Shown piece by piece: positions 34,634 to 44,720 of a DNA stretch of 64,000 nucleotides. The notes below the pieces were generated by a model that was not told the origin of the DNA, did not search any database, and saw only the letters and a list, made by a program, of their open reading frames with translations. Position 1 is the stretch's first letter, and each line of letters opens with the position of its first letter. The DNA comes from an uncultured Bdellovibrionales bacterium. GTDB lineage: Bacteria > Patescibacteriota > Minisyncoccia > Moranbacterales > UBA1568. The translations under genes and the position numbers were made by a program. Location: NCBI GenBank assembly GCA_964451495.1, contig CAYVHS010000003.1, positions 24,826 through 88,825 of the forward strand, written 5' to 3'.

Positions 34634-37258
34634 TCAAATTTCCCCCCAATTTTTACCAATGAGCACTTCGGCGATGAGGGGCACGCGCAGAGGGTAAGCT
34701 GTCTCCATTGCCCGCTTCACTTCCTTGGCAAATACTTCCGCGATAGACTCCTTCACTTCGAAAATAAGTTCGTCATGTACTTGGAGTACCATCTTGGCAT
34801 CCTGGCCATATGCATGTACCACTTCTTCTGCGCGCAGCATAGAGAGTTTCATGATGTCAGCTGCCAGGCCCTGGATCGGCATGTTGATAGCGGTCCGTTC
34901 GGCTGCATGCGCTATCTGCACGTTGCCACTCTCGATTTCTGGGATGTAGCGGCGACGGCCGAGTTCAGTCTCTACGAAATGATTTTTTCTCGCACCCGCT
35001 TTCATCTCTTCGATGAACTTCGTGACTCCCGCAAATTTTTTGAAATACTCGGCGATAAACTCGGCCGCGGTTTTCGTATCGATTCCTGCGGCCTGCGAAA
35101 GTCCAAAACTCCCCATGCCGTACATGATGCCGAAATTGAATACTTTTGCTTGCCTTCGCATGTCCGTCGTCACTTCTTCTGGCTTGACTTTAAACACTAC
35201 CGAAGCCGTCTTAGTATGGACATCTTCGCCATTTTTGAACGATTCCGCGAGCGACTCATCGCCGCTCAAATGAGCCATGACACGGAGTTCGATCTGAGAA
35301 TAATCCGCCCCCACAAAGACACATCCTTCACTCGCTTCGAACGCGCCACGGATACGCTCGCTCCAGGAATTACGCGCCGGGATATTCTGCAGATTCGGAT
35401 CAGATGACGAGAGTCGTCCCGTCGCCGCTACCGCCTGATGGAACGTCGTATGCAATCGTCCGTCTGTACCGACGAGCACGGGTAATGCATCGAGATAGGT
35501 CGTCTTTAGTTTGAACAGTTCTCGATAACTTTCGATTTTCGCTACGATCGGATACGCCTGCAATTTTTGCAATTCTCCCGAGGCAGTCGAGATGCCTGTC
35601 TTGGTTTTTTTGATATTCGTCGTCGGAATCTGCAACTCTTGAAAGAGGATTTCTGAAAGTTGTTTGGGTGAATTGATATTGAACTCCTTTCCGGAAAGCG
35701 TATAAATATCTTGCTCGAGTGTTGCAAGCTCTGCTTTTAGTTGATCAGAAAGCATCTTGAATTTTTCCGTATTGAGAAAGATGCCGTTTCGCTCTATCTC
35801 AAACAGCACCGAAATGAGTGGGAGCTCGATACTCCCATAGACATCGAGTAGCGTATGCCCAACAGTCTGCTCGGCTGATATTTCCTTCATCTGATTACCG
35901 AGCCGAGCATTGATCGTATAGAGTGCCGCGGCTTTGGTTTCTGTATTCTCAAGCCCGAGTTCCTTGATGAGTAGCTGATCAAATTCCACATTGCCACCAG
36001 AATCGAGGAGATAGGCGATGAGCTTCACGTCACGTGCCACCCCAGCAAGTGCTATGTTCTCTTTAACGAGAAGGTGCATCGCTTCTTTGGCATCATAAAA
36101 AATCTTGGGCCGCTTGGCATGTTCGAAAAATTCTTTCAACGTTTTTTTGGTCACTTCATCCCATGTGATAGACACCTGCGCGCCTTCCTCTATCGCGAGC
36201 ATTACTTGCGCTATGCCATCACCGCCGAAAAGCGACGCTTCACTTTTTTCGATCCATACTGCTACGCCCTTGCCTTCATATGTCTTGAACCACATTTCCA
36301 ATTCTTCCACATTTTTCAGTTTCTTGTTCTTGATTTTCTGCCCGCCCTGCTCTTTCGCAAGTGAACTGCCTGTTGTCTGATCATTTTCCGATCCCGGTAG
36401 TCTCTTGACCAGACTAAAAAATCCGAACTCTTGAAAAATATTTTTCACGACATCACGATCATACTCGCGTGCTACGGCAGCGAGAAGATCGAGCTCGACC
36501 GGCGCCGTCGTATCGATAGTGCCGAGTGTCCGCGACAAAAATGCATTCTCCTTATCAGCCTCGAGCTTGGCTTTGACAGCTGGTTTGAGACTTTCTAGGG
36601 CCGCATAGACACCCTCGAGATTGCTGTATTGTTTGAGTAGATCCGTAGCTGTCTTTTCTCCAATACCCTTTACTCCTGGGATATTATCTGACTGATCCCC
36701 GCACAGTCCTTTGTAGTCGACGAGTTGTCCTGGTTTGAATCCATATTTCGCTTCCACTGCCGCCTCATCGAAAAGCACGAGATCCTTGATTCCCTTGCGA
36801 ATCGAGAACACTTTGACGAGCGGCGTCACGAGCTGGAGCGCATCGTTGTCCCCCGTCACGATGATGACCTCGACGCCCTCGGCTTCTGCCTGCCTCGCGA
36901 TTGTCCCTACACAGTCATCTGCTTCATATCCTGCCTTTTCATAGATTGGAATATTGAAAGCCCTCGTGACATCTTTGACGAGCGGTATCTGAGCATAGAG
37001 ATCATCCGGTGCCTTTTGTCTCGTAGCTTTGTATTTGTCATAAAGCTCATCGCGGAACGTTCCTCCCGGGAGATCAAACGACGCTGCGATATATTCGGGT
37101 TTGAACTTCTCGAGCACGGCGAGGAGTGTCATCGAGAATCCATAGACAGCGTTCACTACCTCGCCCGACTTGGTCGTGAGCGGAGGAAGCGCATGATAGG
37201 CCCGATGAATGAGTGCGTTCCCATCGAGCAAAACCAGTTTTTTCGGCTTCTTTTCCAT
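34634..37258 (-). CDS. polA: DNA polymerase I
   Basis: 874 aa. An N-terminal 5'-3' exonuclease (LVLLDGNALIHRAYHAL), and C-terminal pol-A motifs (RRQAKVFNFGIMYGM, LQVHDELIFE). Confidence 0.9.
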   Translation of the reverse strand: MEKKPKKLVLLDGNALIHRAYHALPPLTTKSGEVVNAVYGFSMTLLAVLEKFKPEYIAASFDLPGGTFRDELYDKYKATRQKAPDDLYAQIPLVKDVTRAFNIPIYEKAGYEADDCVGTIARQAEAEGVEVIIVTGDNDALQLVTPLVKVFSIRKGIKDLVLFDEAAVEAKYGFKPGQLVDYKGLCGDQSDNIPGVKGIGEKTATDLLKQYSNLEGVYAALESLKPAVKAKLEADKENAFLSRTLGTIDTTAPVELDLLAAVAREYDRDVVKNIFQEFGFFSLVKRLPGSENDQTTGSSLAKEQGGQKIKNKKLKNVEELEMWFKTYEGKGVAVWIEKSEASLFGGDGIAQVMLAIEEGAQVSITWDEVTKKTLKEFFEHAKRPKIFYDAKEAMHLLVKENIALAGVARDVKLIAYLLDSGGNVEFDQLLIKELGLENTETKAAALYTINARLGNQMKEISAEQTVGHTLLDVYGSIELPLISVLFEIERNGIFLNTEKFKMLSDQLKAELATLEQDIYTLSGKEFNINSPKQLSEILFQELQIPTTNIKKTKTGISTASGELQKLQAYPIVAKIESYRELFKLKTTYLDALPVLVGTDGRLHTTFHQAVAATGRLSSSDPNLQNIPARNSWSERIRGAFEASEGCVFVGADYSQIELRVMAHLSGDESLAESFKNGEDVHTKTASVVFKVKPEEVTTDMRRQAKVFNFGIMYGMGSFGLSQAAGIDTKTAAEFIAEYFKKFAGVTKFIEEMKAGARKNHFVETELGRRRYIPEIESGNVQIAHAAERTAINMPIQGLAADIMKLSMLRAEEVVHAYGQDAKMVLQVHDELIFEVKESIAEVFAKEVKRAMETAYPLRVPLIAEVLIGKNWGEI

Positions 37259-37313
37259 GTTTTCAGTATACGTCTGAGCCAGAGGAAAAGCAAAATCCGC
37301 CCCACAACAGCCG

Positions 37314-37754
37314 CTATTGTTTTTTTACTGTAATTTTCCGTTCATTTTCCGAAAAAGACTCGAGAGATATTTCCGTCCTCTGTCCCGGGAGAATCTCCAC
37401 GATACGCTCCGGCCATTCGAGGATGACGATGCCTCTAGGGTCATCGCACCATTCGGCAAAACCCAACTCTTTAAAGTCTTTGGACTCTATGCGATACGCA
37501 TCCGCATGATAGATGCGCTCAATACCAGTTTCAGACGGCGCACGCAATTCATACTGCTTCATAATGACAAACGTCGGGCTCGTATAGGGCCTTTCTGCTC
37601 CTAGGCCCTGGAGAAGTCCTTGTGTCAGTGTCGTTTTGCCCGCACCCAAATCACCTCGGAGACATATCAGAGTGCCCGGCGTGATCTCTTGTGCCAGTTT
37701 CTCGCCCAACTCTCTCGTTTCCTTGTCTGAATGAGTAGTATAGATGTTTTTCAT
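37314..37754 (-). CDS. tsaE: tRNA threonylcarbamoyladenosine biosynthesis ATPase TsaE
   Basis: 146 aa. P-loop GDLGAGKTTLTQGLLQGLG, typical YjeE/TsaE. Confidence 0.8.
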   Translation of the reverse strand: MKNIYTTHSDKETRELGEKLAQEITPGTLICLRGDLGAGKTTLTQGLLQGLGAERPYTSPTFVIMKQYELRAPSETGIERIYHADAYRIESKDFKELGFAEWCDDPRGIVILEWPERIVEILPGQRTEISLESFSENERKITVKKQ

Positions 37755-37940
37755 ATCCTCATCCTAATGCAAAACATCATTTTTGGCTAGAGAAAAGCCT
37801 CAAAACCAGACGGAAGGGTAACTCACGCTACACACCTCTATTTGACACTCTATTTTTTCTCTGCTATTTTTGACTATCTCTCTCCCGTTATATTCCACCT
37901 TTCCGGTCCGAGATATTACCCTATTAGAAATTCTCCCGTT

Positions 37941-39092
37941 ATGTCATTTTCTCCTGTCCAGCAATTCCAAGAACTTCTCAAAAAAACCGTAGCCCCAATC
38001 ATTCTTTTACCGGCTTATCCGAGCCGAGATACCCTCGCCTCAGCTTTTGCGCTGGCGTTCTCGTTCAAGCAAATGGGCAAAGAGGCTCACATCGCTGGCG
38101 AGAATATCCTCAAAGACAAAGAGCTCGTTTCTTTCCTCGGCGAACCCGAAAACCTCCTCCCGACTATTACGGGAGCACGAGACTTTGTTCTCTCTTTCAA
38201 TACTGAACGCAACAAGATTACCAATGTCCGTTCTGAAACGATAGATAACGAGCTACGCATCTACCTCACACCAGAGCGCGGGTCTATCGACCCACGTGAT
38301 TTCTCTTTCATTCCCGCTCAATTCAAATTTGACCTCGCTATCATCATCGGAGCATCAGATAAAGAGTCTCTCGGGAAAATCTACGAGGACAACCCGGATA
38401 TCTTTTATGAAATCCCCATCATCAACATCGACAACCATCCCGATAACGAACTCTACGGGCAGATCAATCTCGTCGATATTACCGCTTCATCCAACGCAGA
38501 GATTCTCTCTGAAACATTCGAAAAAACTTTCCCAAATGTTCTCGATGAACGCGTCAGCGAAAGCCTGCTCACTGGCATCATCGCCGCAACCGAAAGTTTC
38601 CAGAAAAAAAATACGACTCCACAAGCACTTCAAATAGCCTCTCGGCTCATGGATCATGGTGCCGACCAACAGAAAATTGTTCGCTCTCTCTACAAAACAC
38701 AACCACTCCACCTTCTCAAACTCTGGGGACGCGTCATGGCCCAAGCCAAATGGAACGAAGAACTCAAGCTCATCTGGGCGCTTGTTTCTCTCGAGGATCT
38801 CATCCAGTCCCGTGCCCGCGTCGAGGATCTACCAGCTGTCCTAGAAAAAATCCACAGCAATTATTCCTCGGCCAACTACTTCATGATTCTTTCTCCAGAA
38901 ACTAATTCTCAGATAGGCGGTATCATCAAGTCTACATCAGCAGACAATCTTTCCCGTGTCTCCGAACGCATTGGTCATGGGGAAATCCAAGGAGATATCT
39001 TCCGATTCTCTCTGTCAGCCAATAGTCTCGACGAAGCAGAAGAACACGTCATCGCTCTGCTACAAAAAACCACTCCCCTAGTCTCAAAGTAA
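37941..39092 (+). CDS. DHH/DHHA1-like (NrnA-like) protein with degenerate catalytic motifs
   Basis: ORF trimmed to MSFSPVQQ... It has an overall NrnA-like layout, but the DHH motif appears as IDNHPDN and the N-terminal DxD motif as PSRD. Confidence 0.55.
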   Translation: MSFSPVQQFQELLKKTVAPIILLPAYPSRDTLASAFALAFSFKQMGKEAHIAGENILKDKELVSFLGEPENLLPTITGARDFVLSFNTERNKITNVRSETIDNELRIYLTPERGSIDPRDFSFIPAQFKFDLAIIIGASDKESLGKIYEDNPDIFYEIPIINIDNHPDNELYGQINLVDITASSNAEILSETFEKTFPNVLDERVSESLLTGIIAATESFQKKNTTPQALQIASRLMDHGADQQKIVRSLYKTQPLHLLKLWGRVMAQAKWNEELKLIWALVSLEDLIQSRARVEDLPAVLEKIHSNYSSANYFMILSPETNSQIGGIIKSTSADNLSRVSERIGHGEIQGDIFRFSLSANSLDEAEEHVIALLQKTTPLVSK

Positions 39093-39218
39093 TCTCTTCA
39101 AAAAAGACATCTCCACCCCGAAACAAGGGTGGTTTTTCTTTGCTCAGAAAGAGCTCTTTGGAGTACAATGATGGAGTAAGAAGAAAAACGGAACCCCGTA
39201 AACAAAAACATCACTCGT

Positions 39219-42200
39219 ATGGTCAAGATTACTCACGGAGACATATCGCCCTCTGATGAAAAAAACAAACAAGCAGATGATCTCCTCCAAAAAATGCGCT
39301 CCGTCTCTATCGAAGAGACGGCTTCACGGTTGGCAGGCATGTGCGGTCTCCCTTATATTGATCTCGCTCTTTTCCCCGTTGAAGAAGAAAGCCTTTCGCT
39401 TATCAACGAGGCCGATGCGAGGCATCTAGGATTGGCTCTTTTCCAAAAAAAATCTACCAGGGCGAGCTTTGCCATCCTTGATCCAAACAACAAGGAAACT
39501 CTAGAATTTATCACAAAAGTCGCCCAAGAAAGGGGCTGGGAAGTAGAACTCTATGTCGTTTCGATACCGGCTCTCGAGGCAGCGTGGAAGACTTATTCCA
39601 AACATACGTTTATTGATAGCCTCGATCTCGTCCGCGTTTCACTCAAAGGCGATGATCTCGAAACATTTGATAAAAATTTTGGAGAACTTCTAGAATTAAA
39701 AGAAAATCATCGACTTAATACTTCTCGAGCCACAGAAATTATTCTCGCTGGAGCCAAGAAGCTTGACGCGAGTGATATTCATATCGAACCAGAAGAAGAG
39801 AGGGCTCGCCTGCGCTATCGTATCGATGGCGTACTCCAAGATATCGGCATGCTCCCGCTCGCCGTGTACCGACTCCTCCTGTCTCGTATCAAAATGATAG
39901 GCAAGATGCGCCTCAACGTCAGAGATAGAGCTCAGGATGGTCACTTCTTCGTCAATCTCGATGAAAAGCGCATCGATATCCGCGTCAACAGCATCCCCGG
40001 CAAATACGGCGAAAGCATCAACATGCGTCTTCTCTCAAGCGATGATGTTATTGCTGATATCGACAGTCTCGGTCTACGTGGTCTGGCCCGTGAAGAAATC
40101 CTCAAAGAAGTCGAGCGGCCTCACGGCATGATCCTCAATACCGGCCCGACCGGGTCTGGAAAAACAACTACTCTCTACACGCTCCTCCATCACATCAATC
40201 GTCCCGGGACAAAGATTATTACGGTCGAGGATCCAATCGAATATTCATTGCCCGGTATCGTCCAGACAGAAGTGTCCAAAGACAAATCATACACATTTGC
40301 TACCGCGCTCCGTGCCATCGTCCGTCAAGATCCAGATGTTCTCCTCGTCGGAGAAATCCGTGATGACGAAACTGCTGATATTGCCGTCAATGCCGCCCTC
40401 ACTGGGCATCTCGTCCTCTCAACGCTCCATGCTAATGGCGCTCCCGCTGCTGTTCCACGACTTATCGAGCTCGGTGTCAAACCATCGCTCATCACCGCCT
40501 CACTCAATATCATCATCGCTCAGCGCCTCGTCCGCGTGCTGTGTAAAAAATGTCGCACATCATACGAGCCAGCCAAATCGACATTCGATGTCATCACCAA
40601 GCTCATCACTATCATCTCTCCGAAAGCAAACGTGACACTGCCCAAAAAGATCGATGTCCTCTGGAAGGCCACGGGGTGCGCGGAATGCCACTTTACCGGC
40701 TACAAAGGACGTATCGGCATCTTCGAGATATTCTCTCTCTCCAAAGAAATCATCGAGATCATCAACAACATGGGTAATGAGCGTGAGATTCTCAAGGCCG
40801 CTCTCGAAGGCGGTATGGTCACCATGACACAAGACGGAATCCTCAAAACACTCGAGGGAATTACGACGCTCGATGAAATCTGGCGCGTCACCGACCAAGT
40901 AGATATGCTCAAAGAAATCTTCCTCGAACTCATGTCTGGTGATCTGCAGCGCACGCTCTTCATTCCAGAGAATCTCTCTTCTGATGTAGCGAAACACCTC
41001 TCTTCGCTCACCGAATTCTCACGCTATGCCAATACTATCGATTCACAGTTACGGTTTCAATCGATTTTCTCTGCGGCTATCGTCTCACGCGCTGGCGATA
41101 TCCATATCGAACCAGGAAACGAAACGTTCAGCGTCCGATTCCGCATCGATGGCATTCTTCAGAACGCTGCCACGTTTCCGATAAATGACTACCCGAGTCT
41201 CATCAGTGAGATAAAGACGCTCGTCGGACTCAAGATCGGTGAACGAGCTGGGGTGACCGATAAGCGTTTCTCTGTCACTCTCGAAAAGTCTCCCGATGCC
41301 GGCGTAAGCGAGAGGATAGATATCCGCCTCTCCCTTATCCCTGGAGGATTCGGCGAGACCATCGTTATGCGACTCCTCAATCAATCAGCCACAACGCTTG
41401 ATCTAGAAACACTCGATATCCGCAAACAAAACATCGAAAAAATTCTCGCCTCTATAAAAAAACCACACGGTATCATCCTTAATACTGGTCCTACTGGATC
41501 TGGAAAAACGACGACGCTCTACAGCACTCTCTCGCTACTCAATAAACCTGAAGTGAAAATCATCACCGTCGAAGATCCAATCGAATATCAGATGCAAGGT
41601 GTCCTCCAGACTCAAGTAAACGAAGCCGAGGGGTACACGTTCTCGACTGCTCTCCGCTCTCTCCTCCGTCAAAACCCAGATATCCTCATGATTGGCGAAA
41701 TCCGCGATGATGAGACAGCACAAATCGCCATCCAATCCGCCAATACGGGGCACCTCGTCCTCTCGACGCTCCATACCAATTCTGCAGCCGGCACCATTCC
41801 TCGTCTCATGAAAATGGGCGTTTCTGGTGATGACCTCGCCAATGCCGGAGGATCACTCATCGCGCAGCGACTCGTCCGCAGACTCTGCAAAGAATGCAAG
41901 GAATTGGCGCCTCTATCAGATGAGGATGCCCAGAAGATTACACAAACCCTCGCATCTCTTTCAGAAAAAGCAGGTGTCACTCTACCCACAGACAAACAGA
42001 CAGCATGGATACACAAAGGCTGCCCTGTCTGCCATGGCACCGGCTATTCCGGCCAACTAGTCCTCTCCGAAGTGATTCCGCTCGATAATGATATCAAAGA
42101 CCTCATCGCCAGAGGAGCCCTCACTCACGAGATCGAAGAAAAAGCTCTCGAAAATGGGATGATCACCATCGCGCAAGATGGTGTGCTCGCAGTACTCGAG

Positions 42201-42245
42201 GGACGCACCACTCTCGAGGAAGTAAAGCGCGTAACTGATTTCTAA
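39219..42245 (+). CDS. GspE/PilB-family secretion ATPase with two tandem complete ATPase cores (1008 aa)
   Basis: An N-terminal GSPII_E_N-like domain, then two repeats each with ASDIHIEP...RIDGVLQ, Walker A LNTGPTGSGKTTTLY, Asp box, Walker B/His box (LVGEIRD...LVLSTLH) and a tetra-Cys motif (CKKC...CAEC and CKEC...CPVC). Confidence 0.85.
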   Translation: MVKITHGDISPSDEKNKQADDLLQKMRSVSIEETASRLAGMCGLPYIDLALFPVEEESLSLINEADARHLGLALFQKKSTRASFAILDPNNKETLEFITKVAQERGWEVELYVVSIPALEAAWKTYSKHTFIDSLDLVRVSLKGDDLETFDKNFGELLELKENHRLNTSRATEIILAGAKKLDASDIHIEPEEERARLRYRIDGVLQDIGMLPLAVYRLLLSRIKMIGKMRLNVRDRAQDGHFFVNLDEKRIDIRVNSIPGKYGESINMRLLSSDDVIADIDSLGLRGLAREEILKEVERPHGMILNTGPTGSGKTTTLYTLLHHINRPGTKIITVEDPIEYSLPGIVQTEVSKDKSYTFATALRAIVRQDPDVLLVGEIRDDETADIAVNAALTGHLVLSTLHANGAPAAVPRLIELGVKPSLITASLNIIIAQRLVRVLCKKCRTSYEPAKSTFDVITKLITIISPKANVTLPKKIDVLWKATGCAECHFTGYKGRIGIFEIFSLSKEIIEIINNMGNEREILKAALEGGMVTMTQDGILKTLEGITTLDEIWRVTDQVDMLKEIFLELMSGDLQRTLFIPENLSSDVAKHLSSLTEFSRYANTIDSQLRFQSIFSAAIVSRAGDIHIEPGNETFSVRFRIDGILQNAATFPINDYPSLISEIKTLVGLKIGERAGVTDKRFSVTLEKSPDAGVSERIDIRLSLIPGGFGETIVMRLLNQSATTLDLETLDIRKQNIEKILASIKKPHGIILNTGPTGSGKTTTLYSTLSLLNKPEVKIITVEDPIEYQMQGVLQTQVNEAEGYTFSTALRSLLRQNPDILMIGEIRDDETAQIAIQSANTGHLVLSTLHTNSAAGTIPRLMKMGVSGDDLANAGGSLIAQRLVRRLCKECKELAPLSDEDAQKITQTLASLSEKAGVTLPTDKQTAWIHKGCPVCHGTGYSGQLVLSEVIPLDNDIKDLIARGALTHEIEEKALENGMITIAQDGVLAVLEGRTTLEEVKRVTDF

Positions 42246-42260
42246 ACTACTATAAAAAAC

Positions 42261-42290
42261 AAAAAAAGACTTCCTAGGAAGTCTTTTTTC
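42261..42290 (+). terminator. Intrinsic (bidirectional-capable) terminator after the GspE gene
   Basis: aaaaaaagacttcctaggaagtcttttttc, a 20-nt self-complementary core with flanking A- and T-runs. Confidence 0.7.
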
Positions 42291-42299
42291 TCATCTTTC

Positions 42300-42480
42300 T
42301 GCTTCACCTGTAGACAAACCTCAAGCATAGGAGCTCGCGGAAAGGAACAGCGTCGAGGTATAGCGCAGCCGAAACCACCCTACCCGATCTTGACAGACAG
42401 TTCCCGTGATTGAGGACAAAAGATAGGAGTCCCCAATTGTCTACATGTGAAGCAGCCCTAAAAGCTAGGGGTTCTTTTTT
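42300..42480 (+). ncRNA. Candidate structured small RNA (~180 nt) closed by a 17-bp terminal stem and ending in an intrinsic terminator; identity unresolved (SRP-RNA-like or 6S-like long hairpin)
   Basis: The 5' arm gcttcacctgtagacaa (42301..42317) pairs with ttgtctacatgtgaagc (42436..42452) with 1 mismatch. Nested internal pairings exist (cctcaa/ttgagg, ggaac/gttcc). The 3' end has ccctaaaagctaggg + gttctttttt (42453..42480). The element is wedged between two terminators and 150 nt upstream of ruvB, so it is not a simple 5'UTR. Confidence 0.35.
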
Positions 42481-42635
42481 AAAACGACCCTTGATAATAG
42501 CATGGCTTTGTTTATTTGTCAAGAGGTGTTACAATATAGATACAGAGGTCTTACTTCTTCCTTTATTTGAGCCTATAATAACACAAGGACCGCTGTGTCT
42601 ATGTGACCGTATAACCGAAACTTTCACCCACTTGT

Positions 42636-43646
42636 ATGATCAATTCTGATATCCAACCACTCGATGAACAAACCTTCGACAACACTCTCCGTCCCCAGGT
42701 TTTCGGCGAATACATCGGGCAAGAAAAAATCAAGCGCCATCTGGATATATTCATCCGAGCCGCCAAAAAACGAGAGGAGAGTATCGACCATGTACTCCTC
42801 TATGGACCGGCGGGTCTCGGCAAGACAACACTGGCTCATATCATCGCTAAAGAAATGGGCGTGAACATCAAAGTGACATCGGGCCCAGCCATCGAACGCG
42901 TCGGTGATCTCGGATCTATCCTGACCAATCTAGAAAACGGCGATGTCCTCTTCATCGATGAGATTCACCGACTCAATAAGATGATCGAGGAAGTCCTCTA
43001 TCCAGCGATGGAAGACTACAAGCTCGATATCATCATCGGCAAAGGGCCCGCCGCACGGACCATCCAGCTCGATCTCCCCCACTTCACCCTCATCGGTGCT
43101 ACGACGCGCCTCGGTTCGCTCTCCAATCCACTCCGCAACCGTTTCGGGTCAACTCACCGTCTCGAATTTTATACCCCTGAAGAAATCGAAAAAATAGTGA
43201 AGCGCTCCTCTGGTATCCTCGATATCGGTCTCGATGAGAGCGGCGCTCAAAAGATAGCCCGCTCAAGTCGTCAAACCCCCCGTGTCGCCAATAGGATCCT
43301 CAAACGCGTCCGCGATTACGCCCAAATCAAGAACGCCTCCACTATCACCGGAGGAATAGCCGGGGAAGCCCTTTCTCTCTACGACATCGACATGCTCGGC
43401 CTCGAGCCGACCGACCGACACATTCTCCGCACCATCATCGAGAAATTCCGTGGTGGGCCGGCGGGCATCCAGGCTATAGCCGCCGTCACGGGAGAAGAAA
43501 TCCAAACCATCGAAGATGTCTACGAGCCATACCTCATCCAACTCGGGTTCCTCGCCCGTACCCCCCGTGGACGAGTGGTCACAGAAGCAGGATTTGTTCA
43601 CCTCGGCCTCGACATTCCCGATGGCCATCAGAATAAACTCCTCTAG
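42636..43646 (+). CDS. ruvB: Holliday junction branch-migration ATPase RuvB
   Basis: 336 aa. [16 protein letters not shown], Walker [25 protein letters not shown]. Confidence 0.9.
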   Translation: MINSDIQPLDEQTFDNTLRPQVFGEYIGQEKIKRHLDIFIRAAKKREESIDHVLLYGPAGLGKTTLAHIIAKEMGVNIKVTSGPAIERVGDLGSILTNLENGDVLFIDEIHRLNKMIEEVLYPAMEDYKLDIIIGKGPAARTIQLDLPHFTLIGATTRLGSLSNPLRNRFGSTHRLEFYTPEEIEKIVKRSSGILDIGLDESGAQKIARSSRQTPRVANRILKRVRDYAQIKNASTITGGIAGEALSLYDIDMLGLEPTDRHILRTIIEKFRGGPAGIQAIAAVTGEEIQTIEDVYEPYLIQLGFLARTPRGRVVTEAGFVHLGLDIPDGHQNKLL

Positions 43647-43743
43647 TACACCTCTCTCTAGCTGCCTTTCAAGAAGCATGCTTTTCTTTGGATTTCAGAA
43701 TGCGTAATGCTAGAATAAAAATACAAGAAACCATATACAAACT

Positions 43744-43965
43744 ATGCGTCCTTTCCTTGGCCTGATCTACACCGTTCTTTTCTTCAGCTATGTCGCGACG
43801 AGTGTCTTCATCGTGTATCATATCGTTCGCTATTCGCTCAGTCGTCAAGCGGCTATTTTTGGCGTGGCCTTGTTTGTCACGGTACTAACGGTCCTCCTCT
43901 TTACCAACGCAATTCTCTTTTTCTCCCTTCCCATTGATACGCTCATACCATCTGTTTATCGCTAA
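43744..43965 (+). CDS. Small two-TM membrane protein
   Basis: 73 aa with two hydrophobic helices, upstream of a bacterial-PH-domain membrane protein. Confidence 0.4.
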   Translation: MRPFLGLIYTVLFFSYVATSVFIVYHIVRYSLSRQAAIFGVALFVTVLTVLLFTNAILFFSLPIDTLIPSVYR

Positions 43966-43976
43966 TACCCTCTCGT

Positions 43977-44555
43977 ATGTTTCCAAATAAAAATCAACGC
44001 CACTTCCAAGGGCAACACGAAAATGAACAGATCCTCCGGGTTATTCATCGTCATTGGTTCAATCTTTTTTCTCACCTTTTCGCTGTAATTTTCTTTTCCT
44101 TTTTGCTTATCAGTAGCTTGCTCGTTCTCCCTATTCTTTTTCCTGACATAGTCAGCGAGGATAACTGGCGATTTTTTGTTTTTGTTGAGAATACCTTTTT
44201 CATTTTCATGTGGATTTTTGGGTTTCTTGTTTGGATTGATTATTATTTCGACGTCTGGATCATCACGAGCGAACGTATCGTCAATATTGAACAGCGCGGT
44301 CTATTTGTGAGAGAGATTAGCGAACTTAACTTCGCTAGAGTGCAAGATGTCACGGCCGAGGTTAAGGGAATTATCCCCACCATTCTCAATTATGGTGATG
44401 TTTTCATCCAAACAGCTGGAGAGACCGAACGGTTTGTTTTCCGTCAAGTAGGCGATCCATACAAAATCAAAGACATGATTATTCAACTTTCCAGGAATAG
44501 TAGTCGCCAAGATCTCCAAAATGCCGTCTCGGCCATCAAAAGTCAACTTTCATAA
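43977..44555 (+). CDS. Bacterial PH-domain (bPH_2, YdbS/YdbT-like) membrane protein
   Basis: 192 aa. Two N-terminal TM helices, then a ...WIITSERIVNIEQRGLFVREISELNFARVQDV... PH-like domain. Confidence 0.6.
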   Translation: MFPNKNQRHFQGQHENEQILRVIHRHWFNLFSHLFAVIFFSFLLISSLLVLPILFPDIVSEDNWRFFVFVENTFFIFMWIFGFLVWIDYYFDVWIITSERIVNIEQRGLFVREISELNFARVQDVTAEVKGIIPTILNYGDVFIQTAGETERFVFRQVGDPYKIKDMIIQLSRNSSRQDLQNAVSAIKSQLS

Positions 44556-44720
44556 ATACACCTGCTCGGGGTTTCCTTTTTTCGTTTACTCCGCTAGAAT
44601 AGCTTTGTTTTAACTATCCATGAGAGGCCCTGGCCGACTAGATGTGGCTCACAGAAAAGCGCTTGCGCGCTATGATACTGTGAAAACACGCTAGATAGCG
44701 CGGGGCGAACTATACTACCT

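Noticed and set aside
42300-42480. Calling the structured element a riboswitch/5' leader of ruvB
   Set aside because: It ends in its own intrinsic terminator 150 nt before the ruvB start. No known riboswitch consensus (TPP, SAM, FMN, glycine, c-di-GMP and others as remembered) is visible. It is kept as an unclassified ncRNA candidate.
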